The position numbers and the translations under genes were made by a program. Source: Candidatus Poseidoniaceae archaeon (GTDB lineage: Archaea > Thermoplasmatota > Poseidoniia > Poseidoniales > Poseidoniaceae). Taken from it: DNA of 64,000 bases. Location: assembly GCA_949373235.1 (NCBI GenBank), contig CASICQ010000003.1:179076-243075 (forward strand), written 5' to 3'. Numbering within the stretch: position 1 is the stretch's first letter; each line of letters begins with the position of its first letter. The notes under the pieces were generated by a model. That model did not search any database, was not told the DNA's origin, and worked only from the letters and a program-made list of their open reading frames with translations. Positions 10,326 through 19,304 of this stretch are shown one piece after another.

Positions 10326-11189
10326 TCCTTGGTCAAGCAAGCCTGCAAGGCAGTGCATCAATGATGTGCGAACCGGTATCAGAGGTCGCCAACCATCTCC
10401 GTCCGCTGCATGAAGTGCATCATGGACGTTGGATAAATCAGGGCGTTGCAGTTTGTTTTCTTCAACGCTCATTGGTGGTCTATCGCTTACAACAAGCGTT
10501 TGAAGTTCGATTGTGGGCGTGGGTGCTGCAGATAATTCTTCAACGCCGAAGCGCCCAGTTTGGCCGGCCATTGTACGCATGTAGAGCAGATGGAACTCCT
10601 CGTAGGTTTGACCCATAGACCACGAACGGCGACCTGACATTTTGCATGTTTCAGGCAAAGGGTTGTCGCTCATCAAAAGCCGCACTAAAGCATCTGCCAC
10701 ATCAATTTCGCTCACCCACCAACGGTCTGCTCCCACGGGAGAAGGCCCCTCTTTGTTTTCAGAAAAAGCACCCAACCAATCTTCGAATACAGCAGGCGTC
10801 CAATCTGGGTCGCGCCGCATGGGAATCATATCGTGCACCATCACATGAGCGTCGACCCAATCCGTTGCAACATCACTTGCTGCACCTGCTGGCGTGACCA
10901 AAATCAGTTCAAGACCGTCGATGTCAAGCCCTATGGAGCCATCAGTGGGTGATGTAAAGGGGCCATGCCCGAGCATGACCAAGCGATGCCCTTCAGCGAG
11001 ATTTGTGATTGATGACGAAGATACAGTGGCTTGGCCAAACTCCAGATCGGTCGCATAAGTTTCGTTGACGTCCCGAAGAAAATCATCGTCAAGAACAACA
11101 TGCGCCTCGGTGCGCAACAAGCGTTCAACCAGCCCCAACCTCAACGATGACGGTTTGCCACGCAGATGGATGGTTGGTGCCTGAGGCAT
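10317..11189 (-). CDS. Hypothetical protein, possibly a degenerate extended-SDR/epimerase-like fold
   Basis: Long ORF filling the gap. RWWVSEIDVADALVRL resembles the epimerase RxxxxVxDxA motif, but there is no GxxGxxG. ATG at 11189 is preferred over TTG at 11195. Confidence 0.55.
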   Translation of the reverse strand: MPQAPTIHLRGKPSSLRLGLVERLLRTEAHVVLDDDFLRDVNETYATDLEFGQATVSSSSITNLAEGHRLVMLGHGPFTSPTDGSIGLDIDGLELILVTPAGAASDVATDWVDAHVMVHDMIPMRRDPDWTPAVFEDWLGAFSENKEGPSPVGADRWWVSEIDVADALVRLLMSDNPLPETCKMSGRRSWSMGQTYEEFHLLYMRTMAGQTGRFGVEELSAAPTPTIELQTLVVSDRPPMSVEENKLQRPDLSNVHDALHAADGDGWRPLIPVRTSLMHCLAGLLDQGSS

Positions 11190-11195
11190 GGTCAA

Positions 11196-11712
11196 GCCAC
11201 CTCCACATCACACATCAAAGAATCGAGGATGGATTATTCTCCATGCCCCGGGAAGAGCGAATTATACGCCATTTACACCACCACCATTATCTAATATTCC
11301 AATTGGATTTTGTTATTTTATATTGCGATGGCAACATCGCCCTTTTGGAAACATGCCGGGTGGAATCCCCTGAGAAGACAGCCATAGATCCCACAACATA
11401 TCGGCATTCCTGGGGCGGGAAAAAACACGGACTTCTGCTTCACCAATTGAAATATAGAGTAATTTAGCTGCAACAAGCGATCTGCCCTTCGTCCTAATGC
11501 TGGGATAAGTAAAACTTAGAATAAAGATTTGAATTCATATTGAAAAGAAAATTATACGACATTGCTCAAAATTGAATTATAGAGCGAATTTCAATTGGCA
11601 TGCACATTAATTATACGACAAACTCAATTGGAAATCACTTCTAAATCGGGAAAGGGTATAAAGCCCTTCAAGAGGACGAGGAGATAAGTCGGGCACACCC
11701 CGACACAAGGAG
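11196..11712. other. AT-rich intergenic region with repeated motifs (candidate replication origin or complex regulatory region)
   Basis: Longest non-coding stretch in the window. AATTATACG(A/C)C at 11260, 11550 and 11609; CAATTG at 11300, 11444, 11592 and 11625. Confidence 0.5.
11648..11665 (+). promoter_or_regulatory. Putative BRE/TATA promoter of the PRC-barrel gene
   Basis: GGGAAAGGGTATAAAG about 50 nt upstream of ATG 11713; SD-like AAGGAG immediately before the ATG. Confidence 0.5.
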
Positions 11713-12312
11713 ATGGGAAAAATGCCGAACGACAAATATGACATCCAGGAGTTACTCCGACGTGATGTTTACGTAAACGATAAGAAAGTAGGAACGATTG
11801 TGGGTGAACGACACCACCCGAATGAAGCTCGTGTGCGATCCATGCGGATTCAAGTGGACGCAGGCGTCGCTGACGAATTTATGCGAAAGCCAGCGGAACT
11901 CGCACCGCTGCCAAAGGAATTGGTGCACAGCATCCGGACCGATGGCACTGTGAAGTTGTCCAAGTCGATGCGCGAATTGCAACGCCGATGGCGAGACACC
12001 GTCCGCATCGACGAAAAACTCTACGCACCAGATGAAATGCTCGATCGAGCCGTCCTCGACAACCAAGGACGAGAAATTGGCGTCATCACAGATTTGTTCA
12101 AGGTCAAGCGCACTTACAAAGGCGTCATTGTGAAAACACGAATCAGCATCCAAAAAGAATTTGGCGTTGAAGAAGAACTTCGAGTTCCGATCACTGCCTT
12201 TTCTCGAACACGGGAACGCCTGGATGAAGTTGTCCTTTCGCGCTCTTTTGACAAAGTGCTAACGTTGCCGTCGTACATCACCATTAACGGAATGGACGAC
12301 GAAAGCGAGTGA
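11713..12312 (+). CDS. Tandem PRC-barrel domain protein
   Basis: Two PRC-like starts: LLRRDVYVNDKKVGTI and MLDRAVLDNQGREIGVITDL. Confidence 0.7.
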   Translation: MGKMPNDKYDIQELLRRDVYVNDKKVGTIVGERHHPNEARVRSMRIQVDAGVADEFMRKPAELAPLPKELVHSIRTDGTVKLSKSMRELQRRWRDTVRIDEKLYAPDEMLDRAVLDNQGREIGVITDLFKVKRTYKGVIVKTRISIQKEFGVEEELRVPITAFSRTRERLDEVVLSRSFDKVLTLPSYITINGMDDESE

Positions 12313-12388
12313 ATGCTTGCGCGTTGATTCTGCCGTTTGCCGCTCCGTCAATCTTATGACGGGGAGGTGAGTCGCCGGGATTGCAGTT

Positions 12389-12462
12389 GCGCGGGTAGCT
12401 TAGTCGGTTAGAGCACCCGGCTGATAACCGGGAGGCCGCAGGTTCAAGTCCTGCCTCGCGCA
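12389..12462 (+). tRNA. tRNA-Ile(GAT), no intron, CCA not encoded
   Basis: Acceptor GCGCGGG/CTCGCGC; anticodon arm CCCGG-CTGATAA-CCGGG; T arm GCAGG-TTCAAGT-CCTGC. Confidence 0.96.
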
Positions 12463-12605
12463 CTCTCTTCACAACATTTGGCTTGTCCGTAGGACTGGGA
12501 GCCACTCGAAGCTGTTCAATAGCGAGTTGTGGGTCGATCTGGAAACCGGCAATCACTCGCAAAGAAGATGAAGGGCCGTCGCTGGCACTCACTACGAGGG
12601 AGAAC

Positions 12606-13556
12606 ATGGTCGTCGTATCTGGAAGCAACGCTCGCCTGCTGGCGACCCAACTTGCAGATTCCCTCGGTTGGGAACATCATTCCCTTGAAACCCGAAGATT
12701 CCCCGATTCCGAAGGGTACATCAGAATACCATCGGAAGTCATTGATGCAGTACGGAAGGAACCTGTCGTTTTGGTATCGAACACATTTCCTGATGCTGGA
12801 ATCGTTGAAACATTGTTGATGTTAGAAGCCATTAATGATGTACGCCGTGGTAATTTAGAGAATCTAAGGGACATTGGCCCTCAACAATTGGAAGATGTCG
12901 GCCCCGGAACCCTGCTTGCCGTACCATACTTCGGATATTCTCGCCAAGACAAACGGTTCAAACCGGGCGAAGCAATCTCTGCGCGGGCCATCGGCCACCT
13001 GCTCGCATCTCGATGCGACGGAATCATCGTCTTTGATTTGCACGCTCCAAAGGTGCTTGAAGACTTACCAGTTCCCGTCGCCTTCACATCCGCTATGCCT
13101 GAATTAGCAAAGCACCTGCAAGAAACCGTAAACCCTGACTTCATTCTTTCACCCGATAAAGGAGCGATTGAACGGGCTTCGGCGGTTGCATCAGCCATTG
13201 ATTGTGAATTTTCCTACCTTGAAAAAACCCGAATCGACGCTCACACGATCGTACACCAGGCCAAAGATTTGAACGTCGATGGGAAAATTGTTGCGATTGT
13301 TGATGATATGATTGCTACCGGAGGCACCATTTGTCGGGCGGCTGAGGCATTGAGAAGCCAGGGTGCTGTCGAAGTTCACGCTGCTTGCTCGCACGGACTG
13401 TTCACCGGTGGAGCCATCGCTCGACTCATCAGATATGTGGATGGCGTGCATGCGACAGGCTCGCTGGCAAACCCCCGCGATGTCATCTCCGGAGGCCCGG
13501 CGCTCGCTCGAGGGGTGCATGAATTGTTCACCACCCTAAAATGGGATGGAAAGTGA
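12606..13556 (+). CDS. prs: Ribose-phosphate pyrophosphokinase
   Basis: RFPDSE, PYFGYSRQDKRF, DLH, SPDKGA, VDDMIATGGT. Start moved to ATG 12606. Confidence 0.95.
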   Translation: MVVVSGSNARLLATQLADSLGWEHHSLETRRFPDSEGYIRIPSEVIDAVRKEPVVLVSNTFPDAGIVETLLMLEAINDVRRGNLENLRDIGPQQLEDVGPGTLLAVPYFGYSRQDKRFKPGEAISARAIGHLLASRCDGIIVFDLHAPKVLEDLPVPVAFTSAMPELAKHLQETVNPDFILSPDKGAIERASAVASAIDCEFSYLEKTRIDAHTIVHQAKDLNVDGKIVAIVDDMIATGGTICRAAEALRSQGAVEVHAACSHGLFTGGAIARLIRYVDGVHATGSLANPRDVISGGPALARGVHELFTTLKWDGK

Positions 13557-13675
13557 TTCAGTGACCCGTTTAGACGGTATGGATACCCTTCTTTTTAGCA
13601 CATTTCCATCTTCCAGCGGGCCAGAAACCTTCCGTCGTGTTTATATTCGCGAGGTTCTGCGCATGGACTGCCTTA

Positions 13676-13706
13676 ACATGAGGAAGAAGTGATATCCAAT
13701 GAGTGT
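13676..13706 (+). promoter_or_regulatory. Kink-turn spanning the rpl7ae 5'UTR and start codon (L7Ae autoregulatory element)
   Basis: ACAU-GA-GGA[10 nt]UCC-AAU-GA-GUGU: C-stem, 3-nt bulge ending in U, tandem G.A/A.G pairs and an NC stem. TATA-like TTTATA at about 13640. Confidence 0.8.
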
Positions 13707-14070
13707 ACACGTGCGATTTGAAACCCCTGAAGAAGTATCTGACAAGATCTATGACATGCTGCAAGCAAACAACAACGGCCGCCTGAAGAAGGGCAGCAAC
13801 GAAGTGACCAAGACCGCAGAGCGCGGCACGGCTCAATTCATCGTTCTTGCAGTTGATGTGAACCCACCTGAACTCCTTGCTCACATTCCATTGATTTGCG
13901 AAGAGAAAGGCATCCCATACGGATACGTTCCATCCCAAGAATTCCTCGCTAAGGAAGCTGGCCTTCCTGACGGTGTCAAGACCGCATCAATTGCAGTCAT
14001 GGAAATCACCAAAGGCGCACAAGAAAAGTTCACCGAAGTCGTTGACCTGATCAACGGCCTCAAGGCTTGA
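13699..14070 (+). CDS. rpl7ae: 50S ribosomal protein L7Ae (eL8)
   Basis: KKGSNEVTKTAERG, DVNPPELLAHIPLICEEKGIPY. Confidence 0.97.
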   Translation: MSVHVRFETPEEVSDKIYDMLQANNNGRLKKGSNEVTKTAERGTAQFIVLAVDVNPPELLAHIPLICEEKGIPYGYVPSQEFLAKEAGLPDGVKTASIAVMEITKGAQEKFTEVVDLINGLKA

Positions 14071-14094
14071 ACTTGAAGTTTGGAGGAAAAAAAC

Positions 14095-14319
14095 ATGAGC
14101 GAAGAACTCAACGGTTGGCCAGCAGAAGTCGTCGAAATCGTCGGCCGCACTGGTATGACCGGAGAAGCAACTCAAGTCAAGGTCCGTGTCAATGACGCAC
14201 CTAATCCACGTGACGTCGGGCGAATCATCTCCCGCAACGTCCTCGGTCCAATTCGTGTCGGCGACATTTTGATGCTCAAAGACACCGGTCGTGAAGCCCG
14301 TAAGCTCAACTCGAGGTGA
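14095..14319 (+). CDS. rps28e: 30S ribosomal protein S28e
   Basis: [34 protein letters not shown]; SD GGAGG upstream. Confidence 0.96.
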   Translation: MSEELNGWPAEVVEIVGRTGMTGEATQVKVRVNDAPNPRDVGRIISRNVLGPIRVGDILMLKDTGREARKLNSR

Positions 14320-14324
14320 AGTGT

Positions 14325-14516
14325 ATGCCAGAACGTAGAATCTGTACTTTTTCCGGTGAAGAGATCGAACCAGGCACGGGCATGATGTTCGTCCGCCGTG
14401 ACGGAAGCGTCATGTGGTTCAAAAATTCCAAGGCCCGCAAGAACATGGTCAAACTCAAGCGAAACTCCCGTCGCGTGAAGTGGACTCGCCACTTCGTGAA
14501 GGGCGGCATCCAGTGA
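14325..14516 (+). CDS. rpl24e: 50S ribosomal protein L24e
   Basis: IEPGTGMMFVRRDG, RRVKWT; conserved position between rps28e and ndk. Confidence 0.95.
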   Translation: MPERRICTFSGEEIEPGTGMMFVRRDGSVMWFKNSKARKNMVKLKRNSRRVKWTRHFVKGGIQ

Positions 14517-14625
14517 GTTTACCCCTGTAAACGAGCAGTACAACCGCAAAAGCGGAATGAATCACCTACCTTGGGGGCCGTATGGCTCATAAAGGGGGCT
14601 CCAGTCGGAAGGTTTGGTGAACACC

Positions 14626-15072
14626 ATGGAAACAACCTATGTTATGATCAAGCCTGATGGCGTACAACGTGGACTAATTGCAGAAATTCTCGGTCGATTT
14701 GAGCGCAAAGGGCTCAAACTCGTCGGACTCAAATCCGTAGTACCAAGCCAAGACACCGCAGAAGCACACTACGCTGTCCACAAGGAACGCCCATTTTATC
14801 CAGGCCTCATCAAGTTCGTGACCTCTGGCCCTGTTGTCTGCATGGCTTGGTCCGGAAAAGATGCAATCACCGTCGCTCGCACCCTCATTGGCTCCACCAA
14901 CGGACGCGAAGCAACACCCGGCACCATTCGAGGCGACTTCGGCATGGACATGGGCTTCAACATGATTCACGGCTCTGACGCTGCAGACACTGCTGCGTTC
15001 GAACTTGGCCTTTGGTTCCCTGAAGGCCTCATGGAATGGGATCAAACGATCACCGCCTGGGTCTACGAGTGA
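14626..15072 (+). CDS. ndk: Nucleoside diphosphate kinase
   Basis: [26 protein letters not shown]; SD GGTGA before ATG 14626. Confidence 0.97.
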   Translation: METTYVMIKPDGVQRGLIAEILGRFERKGLKLVGLKSVVPSQDTAEAHYAVHKERPFYPGLIKFVTSGPVVCMAWSGKDAITVARTLIGSTNGREATPGTIRGDFGMDMGFNMIHGSDAADTAAFELGLWFPEGLMEWDQTITAWVYE

Positions 15073-15102
15073 ATACCATCCCCGCAAGGGGTTTGAGGTG
15101 AT

Positions 15103-17028
15103 ATGATGGACGAAACCGAACAGGATTCGCCCCAACCATCCATCGCTGAGCGTGGCCACAACCGCCAACCGATTGTGTCTGTTCTTGGGCACGTTGACCA
15201 CGGGAAAACCAGCGTCCTTGACTTGGTCCGCTCGGTTGGAAGCGAGCGCCAAGCCAGCGTAATGGCTCGCGAAGCAGGTGGCATCACCCAACACATAGGG
15301 GCTACCGAAGTTCCAGCCGATGTGCTCAACAAAACATGTGAAGCCATGCTTGGGGGTAAGAAATTCAAGTCCCCAGGTTTGCTCTTTATCGACACACCGG
15401 GCCATCATTCGTTTGTCAGCCTCCGAAACCGAGGTGGGTCAGTTGCAGACATCGCTGTGCTTGTTGTCGATGTCATGGAAGGACTTCAACCACAGACCAT
15501 TGAGAGCTTGCAAACGTTGAAAGAAACGCGCACCCCGTTCGTCATCGCAGGAAACAAAGTTGACCGCATTCACGGATGGAGGACCAAGCGTGGTCGCTCG
15601 TTCATGGATTCCTTCAAAGATCAACGTGAAGATGTTCAATCGCTTTTTGAAGACCGATATTGGAAGATGCTTGGGCAGTTCTCGGAACACGGCTTCAACA
15701 TCGAACGATACGATCAAATCAGGGACTTTCGACAAAACGTGGCTTTTGTTCCAATGTCCGCAAAAGACGGTGAGGGCCTGCAAGATTTGCTTGCGGTTAC
15801 GGTTGGGCTTGCTGAACGGTTCCTTGAGGACCGACTGACTGACACGCTTGGTTCGGCCAAAGGCACGGTTTTAGAAATGCGAGATGAAGTTGGCATGGGC
15901 AAAACCATCGATGTCATTCTTTACCGAGGCGATCTCAAAGTTGGCGACCACATTATGCTGGCCGCAAACGATGGCCCTTTTTCAACGCACATCAAAGGGC
16001 TCAAACGCCCTAAAGGCATGTCGGAAATGCGGGATGCTGGCAAGCGTTGGGTTAACTTTGAACGCGTCGAAGCGGCGTGCGGTGTCAAAATTGTTGCTCC
16101 GAAATTGGAGAATACGATTGCGGGTACGACCTTGTATCGGGCGAATACACCTGAAGAAAGAGACCATGCAGAGGCTGCAATCCGCCAAGAATGGCGAGCC
16201 ATCTTCGACACCATGCCAATCATGTGCTCAAAATGCAGCGATGTGTTTCCTCGTGCGGAGTTCAAAGACCACACCAAGAAAGGTGCTTGCAGAGGTGCGG
16301 AGGAAGAGCGCAAAGGTGTCGTCATCAAGGCAGACACCGTCGGTGGTTTGGAAGCGCTTGGTTTCGAACTAGCTAAATTGAAAATCCCAGTTCGTCAGGC
16401 CACAGTTGGCCCCGTCAACAAGCGAGATATTTTGATGGCCCATTCAGCGCAAGATCCGTTGAACAAAGTGATTCTGGGCTTCTCGGTCAAAGGCAACACG
16501 GAAGTCGCCGAATCCCTTAATTCGGAGGATTCTGAAATCAAATTCTTTTCTGGTAGCATCATTTACCACATTCTCGATGCCTATGAAGCATGGCGAGAAG
16601 AGACCGCTGAACAGATTGCGGCTGAACTTCGCGAATCACTCGTGTATCCAGGCCGGCTGTTGTACCTGAAAGACCACACATTCCGAGCCAAAGGTCCAGC
16701 CATCGTGGGCATGCGCGTGGTGGGAGGCCGAGTCCATATCGGTCAGCGATTGATGAAACTTGACGGGACACCTGTTGGTCAAATCAAGAGCCTTCGTACG
16801 CGCGATTCTGATGATGTCAAGGAAGCAAATCAAGGTGACGAAGTGGCTGTTGCGATCAGTGGACCGACGGTTGGCAGGCACATCGAGGAACTGGATGAAT
16901 TCTATGTGGATGTCCCAGAATCACACGCCAAGCGTTTGAAGAAAATCGACCTCAACCCGATCGAACAAGAAATTCTTGAGGAATTGATTCGTTTGCACCG
17001 AAAGGAAAATCACTTCTGGGGCCGCTGA
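15103..17028 (+). CDS. infB: Translation initiation factor aIF5B (IF-2)
   Basis: GHVDHGKT, EAGGITQHIGA, DTPGH, NKVD, KADTVGGLEAL. Confidence 0.97.
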   Translation: MMDETEQDSPQPSIAERGHNRQPIVSVLGHVDHGKTSVLDLVRSVGSERQASVMAREAGGITQHIGATEVPADVLNKTCEAMLGGKKFKSPGLLFIDTPGHHSFVSLRNRGGSVADIAVLVVDVMEGLQPQTIESLQTLKETRTPFVIAGNKVDRIHGWRTKRGRSFMDSFKDQREDVQSLFEDRYWKMLGQFSEHGFNIERYDQIRDFRQNVAFVPMSAKDGEGLQDLLAVTVGLAERFLEDRLTDTLGSAKGTVLEMRDEVGMGKTIDVILYRGDLKVGDHIMLAANDGPFSTHIKGLKRPKGMSEMRDAGKRWVNFERVEAACGVKIVAPKLENTIAGTTLYRANTPEERDHAEAAIRQEWRAIFDTMPIMCSKCSDVFPRAEFKDHTKKGACRGAEEERKGVVIKADTVGGLEALGFELAKLKIPVRQATVGPVNKRDILMAHSAQDPLNKVILGFSVKGNTEVAESLNSEDSEIKFFSGSIIYHILDAYEAWREETAEQIAAELRESLVYPGRLLYLKDHTFRAKGPAIVGMRVVGGRVHIGQRLMKLDGTPVGQIKSLRTRDSDDVKEANQGDEVAVAISGPTVGRHIEELDEFYVDVPESHAKRLKKIDLNPIEQEILEELIRLHRKENHFWGR

Positions 17029-17139
17029 TGTTTGCCATGGCTTTGAGCGCTCTTGGTTGACACATTGTTGACTTGCCTCCCCCTCACATTCATATATGGA
17101 AGGGCGCGGTTGAGAACTTGTCCTTTGGAGGCCTTCAAC

Positions 17140-18150
17140 ATGGAAGCAGGATTCACAGCCGCACCCGCAATGGGTCAAAACCCCGGAACTCAAGATTTGA
17201 TTGGTACAGTTTCCGCCATCTCAAACAGCCTCATGAACGAAGTCAGCAAAGTGATCATCGGTAAAAACGAGAACTTGCGCCGTGTCACCGTCGGTATTTT
17301 GTCGAACGGTAACATTTTGCTGGAAGATTTCCCAGGTCTTGCCAAGACCCTACTGGCCAACACTTTCGCTCAAGCACTCGGCTGTAAGTTCAAGCGAGTT
17401 CAGTTTACGCCGGATTTGCTGCCTTCAGATATTATGGGGACCTACATGTACGACCAAAAGGCAGGAGAGTTCAAACTCCGTGCTGGTCCATTGTTTTCCA
17501 ACATCCTGCTTGCTGACGAGATTAACCGTGCGCCTCCAAAGACCCAAGCTGCTCTTTTGGAAGCAATGGAAGAAAAGCAAGTGACGATTGAAGGTATTAC
17601 GCACAAGTTGCCCGCACCGTTCGTTGTTATTGCAACTCAAAACCCAATCGAACAAGAAGGAACATACCCGTTGCCAGAAGCGCAAATGGACCGGTTCTTG
17701 ATGAAAATGAGCATGGGCTACCCTGACCGTGCAGAAGAAAAAGCAATTCTGGCTCGCCGCAAGTTGAGAGGAAAGGACGGTCACGATGTGTTGCAAATCA
17801 CTTCGCCAAAGAAGGTCGTTGCTATGCAAAAGGCCCTTGAGACGGTTCACGTTGATCCAGCGATCCTCTCCTATTGCGTCGAGATTGTCCAACGAACCCG
17901 GGAAGACCACCGTGTCACCAACGGAGCATCGCCTCGTGCGTCTCAATCGCTGTTCAAGACTGGCCGTGCCGCCGCTGCAATCGCAGGGCGAAACTATGTC
18001 ATCCCTGACGACATCAAGGGCATCGCATTGCAAGTCATCGCCCACCGTATCAACATGAAGCCTGAGGCTAAGATCCGTGGAATCACCGGTGCGCACATCG
18101 TGCGAAAGATCCTCTCGGAAGTCCCTGTACCGGTCATCCAACCTGCTTGA
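17140..18150 (+). CDS. MoxR family AAA+ ATPase
   Basis: PGLAKT, RVQFTPDLLPSD, ADEINRAPPKTQAALLEAMEE, ATQNPIEQEGTYPLPEAQMDRF; SD GGAGG before ATG 17140. Confidence 0.93.
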   Translation: MEAGFTAAPAMGQNPGTQDLIGTVSAISNSLMNEVSKVIIGKNENLRRVTVGILSNGNILLEDFPGLAKTLLANTFAQALGCKFKRVQFTPDLLPSDIMGTYMYDQKAGEFKLRAGPLFSNILLADEINRAPPKTQAALLEAMEEKQVTIEGITHKLPAPFVVIATQNPIEQEGTYPLPEAQMDRFLMKMSMGYPDRAEEKAILARRKLRGKDGHDVLQITSPKKVVAMQKALETVHVDPAILSYCVEIVQRTREDHRVTNGASPRASQSLFKTGRAAAAIAGRNYVIPDDIKGIALQVIAHRINMKPEAKIRGITGAHIVRKILSEVPVPVIQPA

Positions 18151-18220
18151 TGTTTGTACCCTTGTGGTTGCATTCAAAGAGGAGAACCGCGTTCCATAGA
18201 TTGTCCGAGGAGGTGAATGA

Positions 18221-19180
18221 ATGAACCCGTACAAAATGGTCATAGCGGTAGCGAATCAAAAAGGTGGTTGCGCTAAAACAACAACCGCAGTCAACCTTGC
18301 AGCAGCATTAGCCAAAGGTTCACCTCGCCAAGGCCTTCCAAAGGCCAAGGTGTTGCTGATTGATTTGGACCCTCAAGGAAACTGCGCAACATCGTTCGGC
18401 GTGGAAAAGAAAAACGTCAAGAAAACTTCCTACGACCTTCTCACTAATGATTCTGGAGAAGACCTTCCATTGATGGAAGAATACCTCATTGGACCTGAAG
18501 AACTCACGCAATCCATGCAAGACGCGTGGAGCTTGCGCAACAACAACAAGAAGGCCCCAGACAACGTCTCTGTCGGCCACCTGTGGCTCTTACCAAGCGA
18601 CATTCACCTGTCGGGCGCTGAGATTGAATTGAGCCATAAAATTGGACGGGAAACCAGACTCCGTGAAGCGTTGATCCCCATCATCGATGAGTTTGATTAC
18701 ATCATCATCGATACACCCCCTTCCCTCGGTCTGTTGTCAATCAACGCCATGTGCGCGGCAAACTGGGTGATGGTTCCCGTTCAAGCAGAATACTATGCGC
18801 TCGAAGGATTCAGCATGCTGATGAACTCGATCAAGATGATTCAGCGAAGAATTAACCGCAATTTGAAAATTTTCGGCATCGCCATGACCATGGTGGATGC
18901 TCGATCAAAGCTCAGCCGCCACGTCTGCGATGAAGTGAATAAGAAAATGCCAAACAAGCTGTTCCAAACCACCATTCGCCGATTGGTCAAAGTGGCTGAA
19001 GCCCCTTGGAGCGGAGCCCCAACGGTGTTGCTCAACAAGCCAACCAATTCTGGAGCAGGGGCTGGTTCCTTAGAATACTGGACCTTAGCGAAGGAATTCC
19101 ATCAACGGGTGCTGGAAATGCGCCGGGAATTTGGCGTTAATGAAGAGCCTCGCCTTCTTCGCAAGCGTAAAAACCGGTGA
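18221..19180 (+). CDS. parA: ParA/Soj family ATPase
   Basis: Deviant Walker A NQKGGCAKTT, DLDPQGN, IIDTPPSLGLL, PVQAEYYALEG. Confidence 0.9.
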   Translation: MNPYKMVIAVANQKGGCAKTTTAVNLAAALAKGSPRQGLPKAKVLLIDLDPQGNCATSFGVEKKNVKKTSYDLLTNDSGEDLPLMEEYLIGPEELTQSMQDAWSLRNNNKKAPDNVSVGHLWLLPSDIHLSGAEIELSHKIGRETRLREALIPIIDEFDYIIIDTPPSLGLLSINAMCAANWVMVPVQAEYYALEGFSMLMNSIKMIQRRINRNLKIFGIAMTMVDARSKLSRHVCDEVNKKMPNKLFQTTIRRLVKVAEAPWSGAPTVLLNKPTNSGAGAGSLEYWTLAKEFHQRVLEMRREFGVNEEPRLLRKRKNR

Positions 19181-19181
19181 T

Positions 19182-19265
19182 TTTAGGCTCTTGGGCGCCC
19201 AAATAGGGGTGAGGAAACCGACCTTTTAGCAGCGCTTCCTTCGCGGGGGTTAAGTAGCCTAAACA
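19182..19265 (+). ncRNA. Candidate structured RNA or cis-element with a kink-turn hairpin
   Basis: Closing stem TTTAGGCT/AGCCTAAA; palindrome TTGGGCGCCCAA; AGG-GGT-GA-GG-AAA-CC-GA-CCT; 3' ACA. Confidence 0.4.
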
Positions 19266-19304
19266 ACGCAGAGTTAAGCAGGGATTGAGATGACTGGTGA
19301 AGGA

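Noticed and set aside
11250-11640. Possible CRISPR or iteron array
   Set aside because: Repeats are only 6-11 bp with irregular spacing, and no cas or rep gene is present.
12483-12605. N-terminal extensions in the ORF track (prs, moxR, HAD, polB, M24, zinc ribbon, lrp)
   Set aside because: The upstream TTG/GTG starts add non-homologous sequence or overlap neighbours; downstream ATGs fit family N-termini and SD positions.
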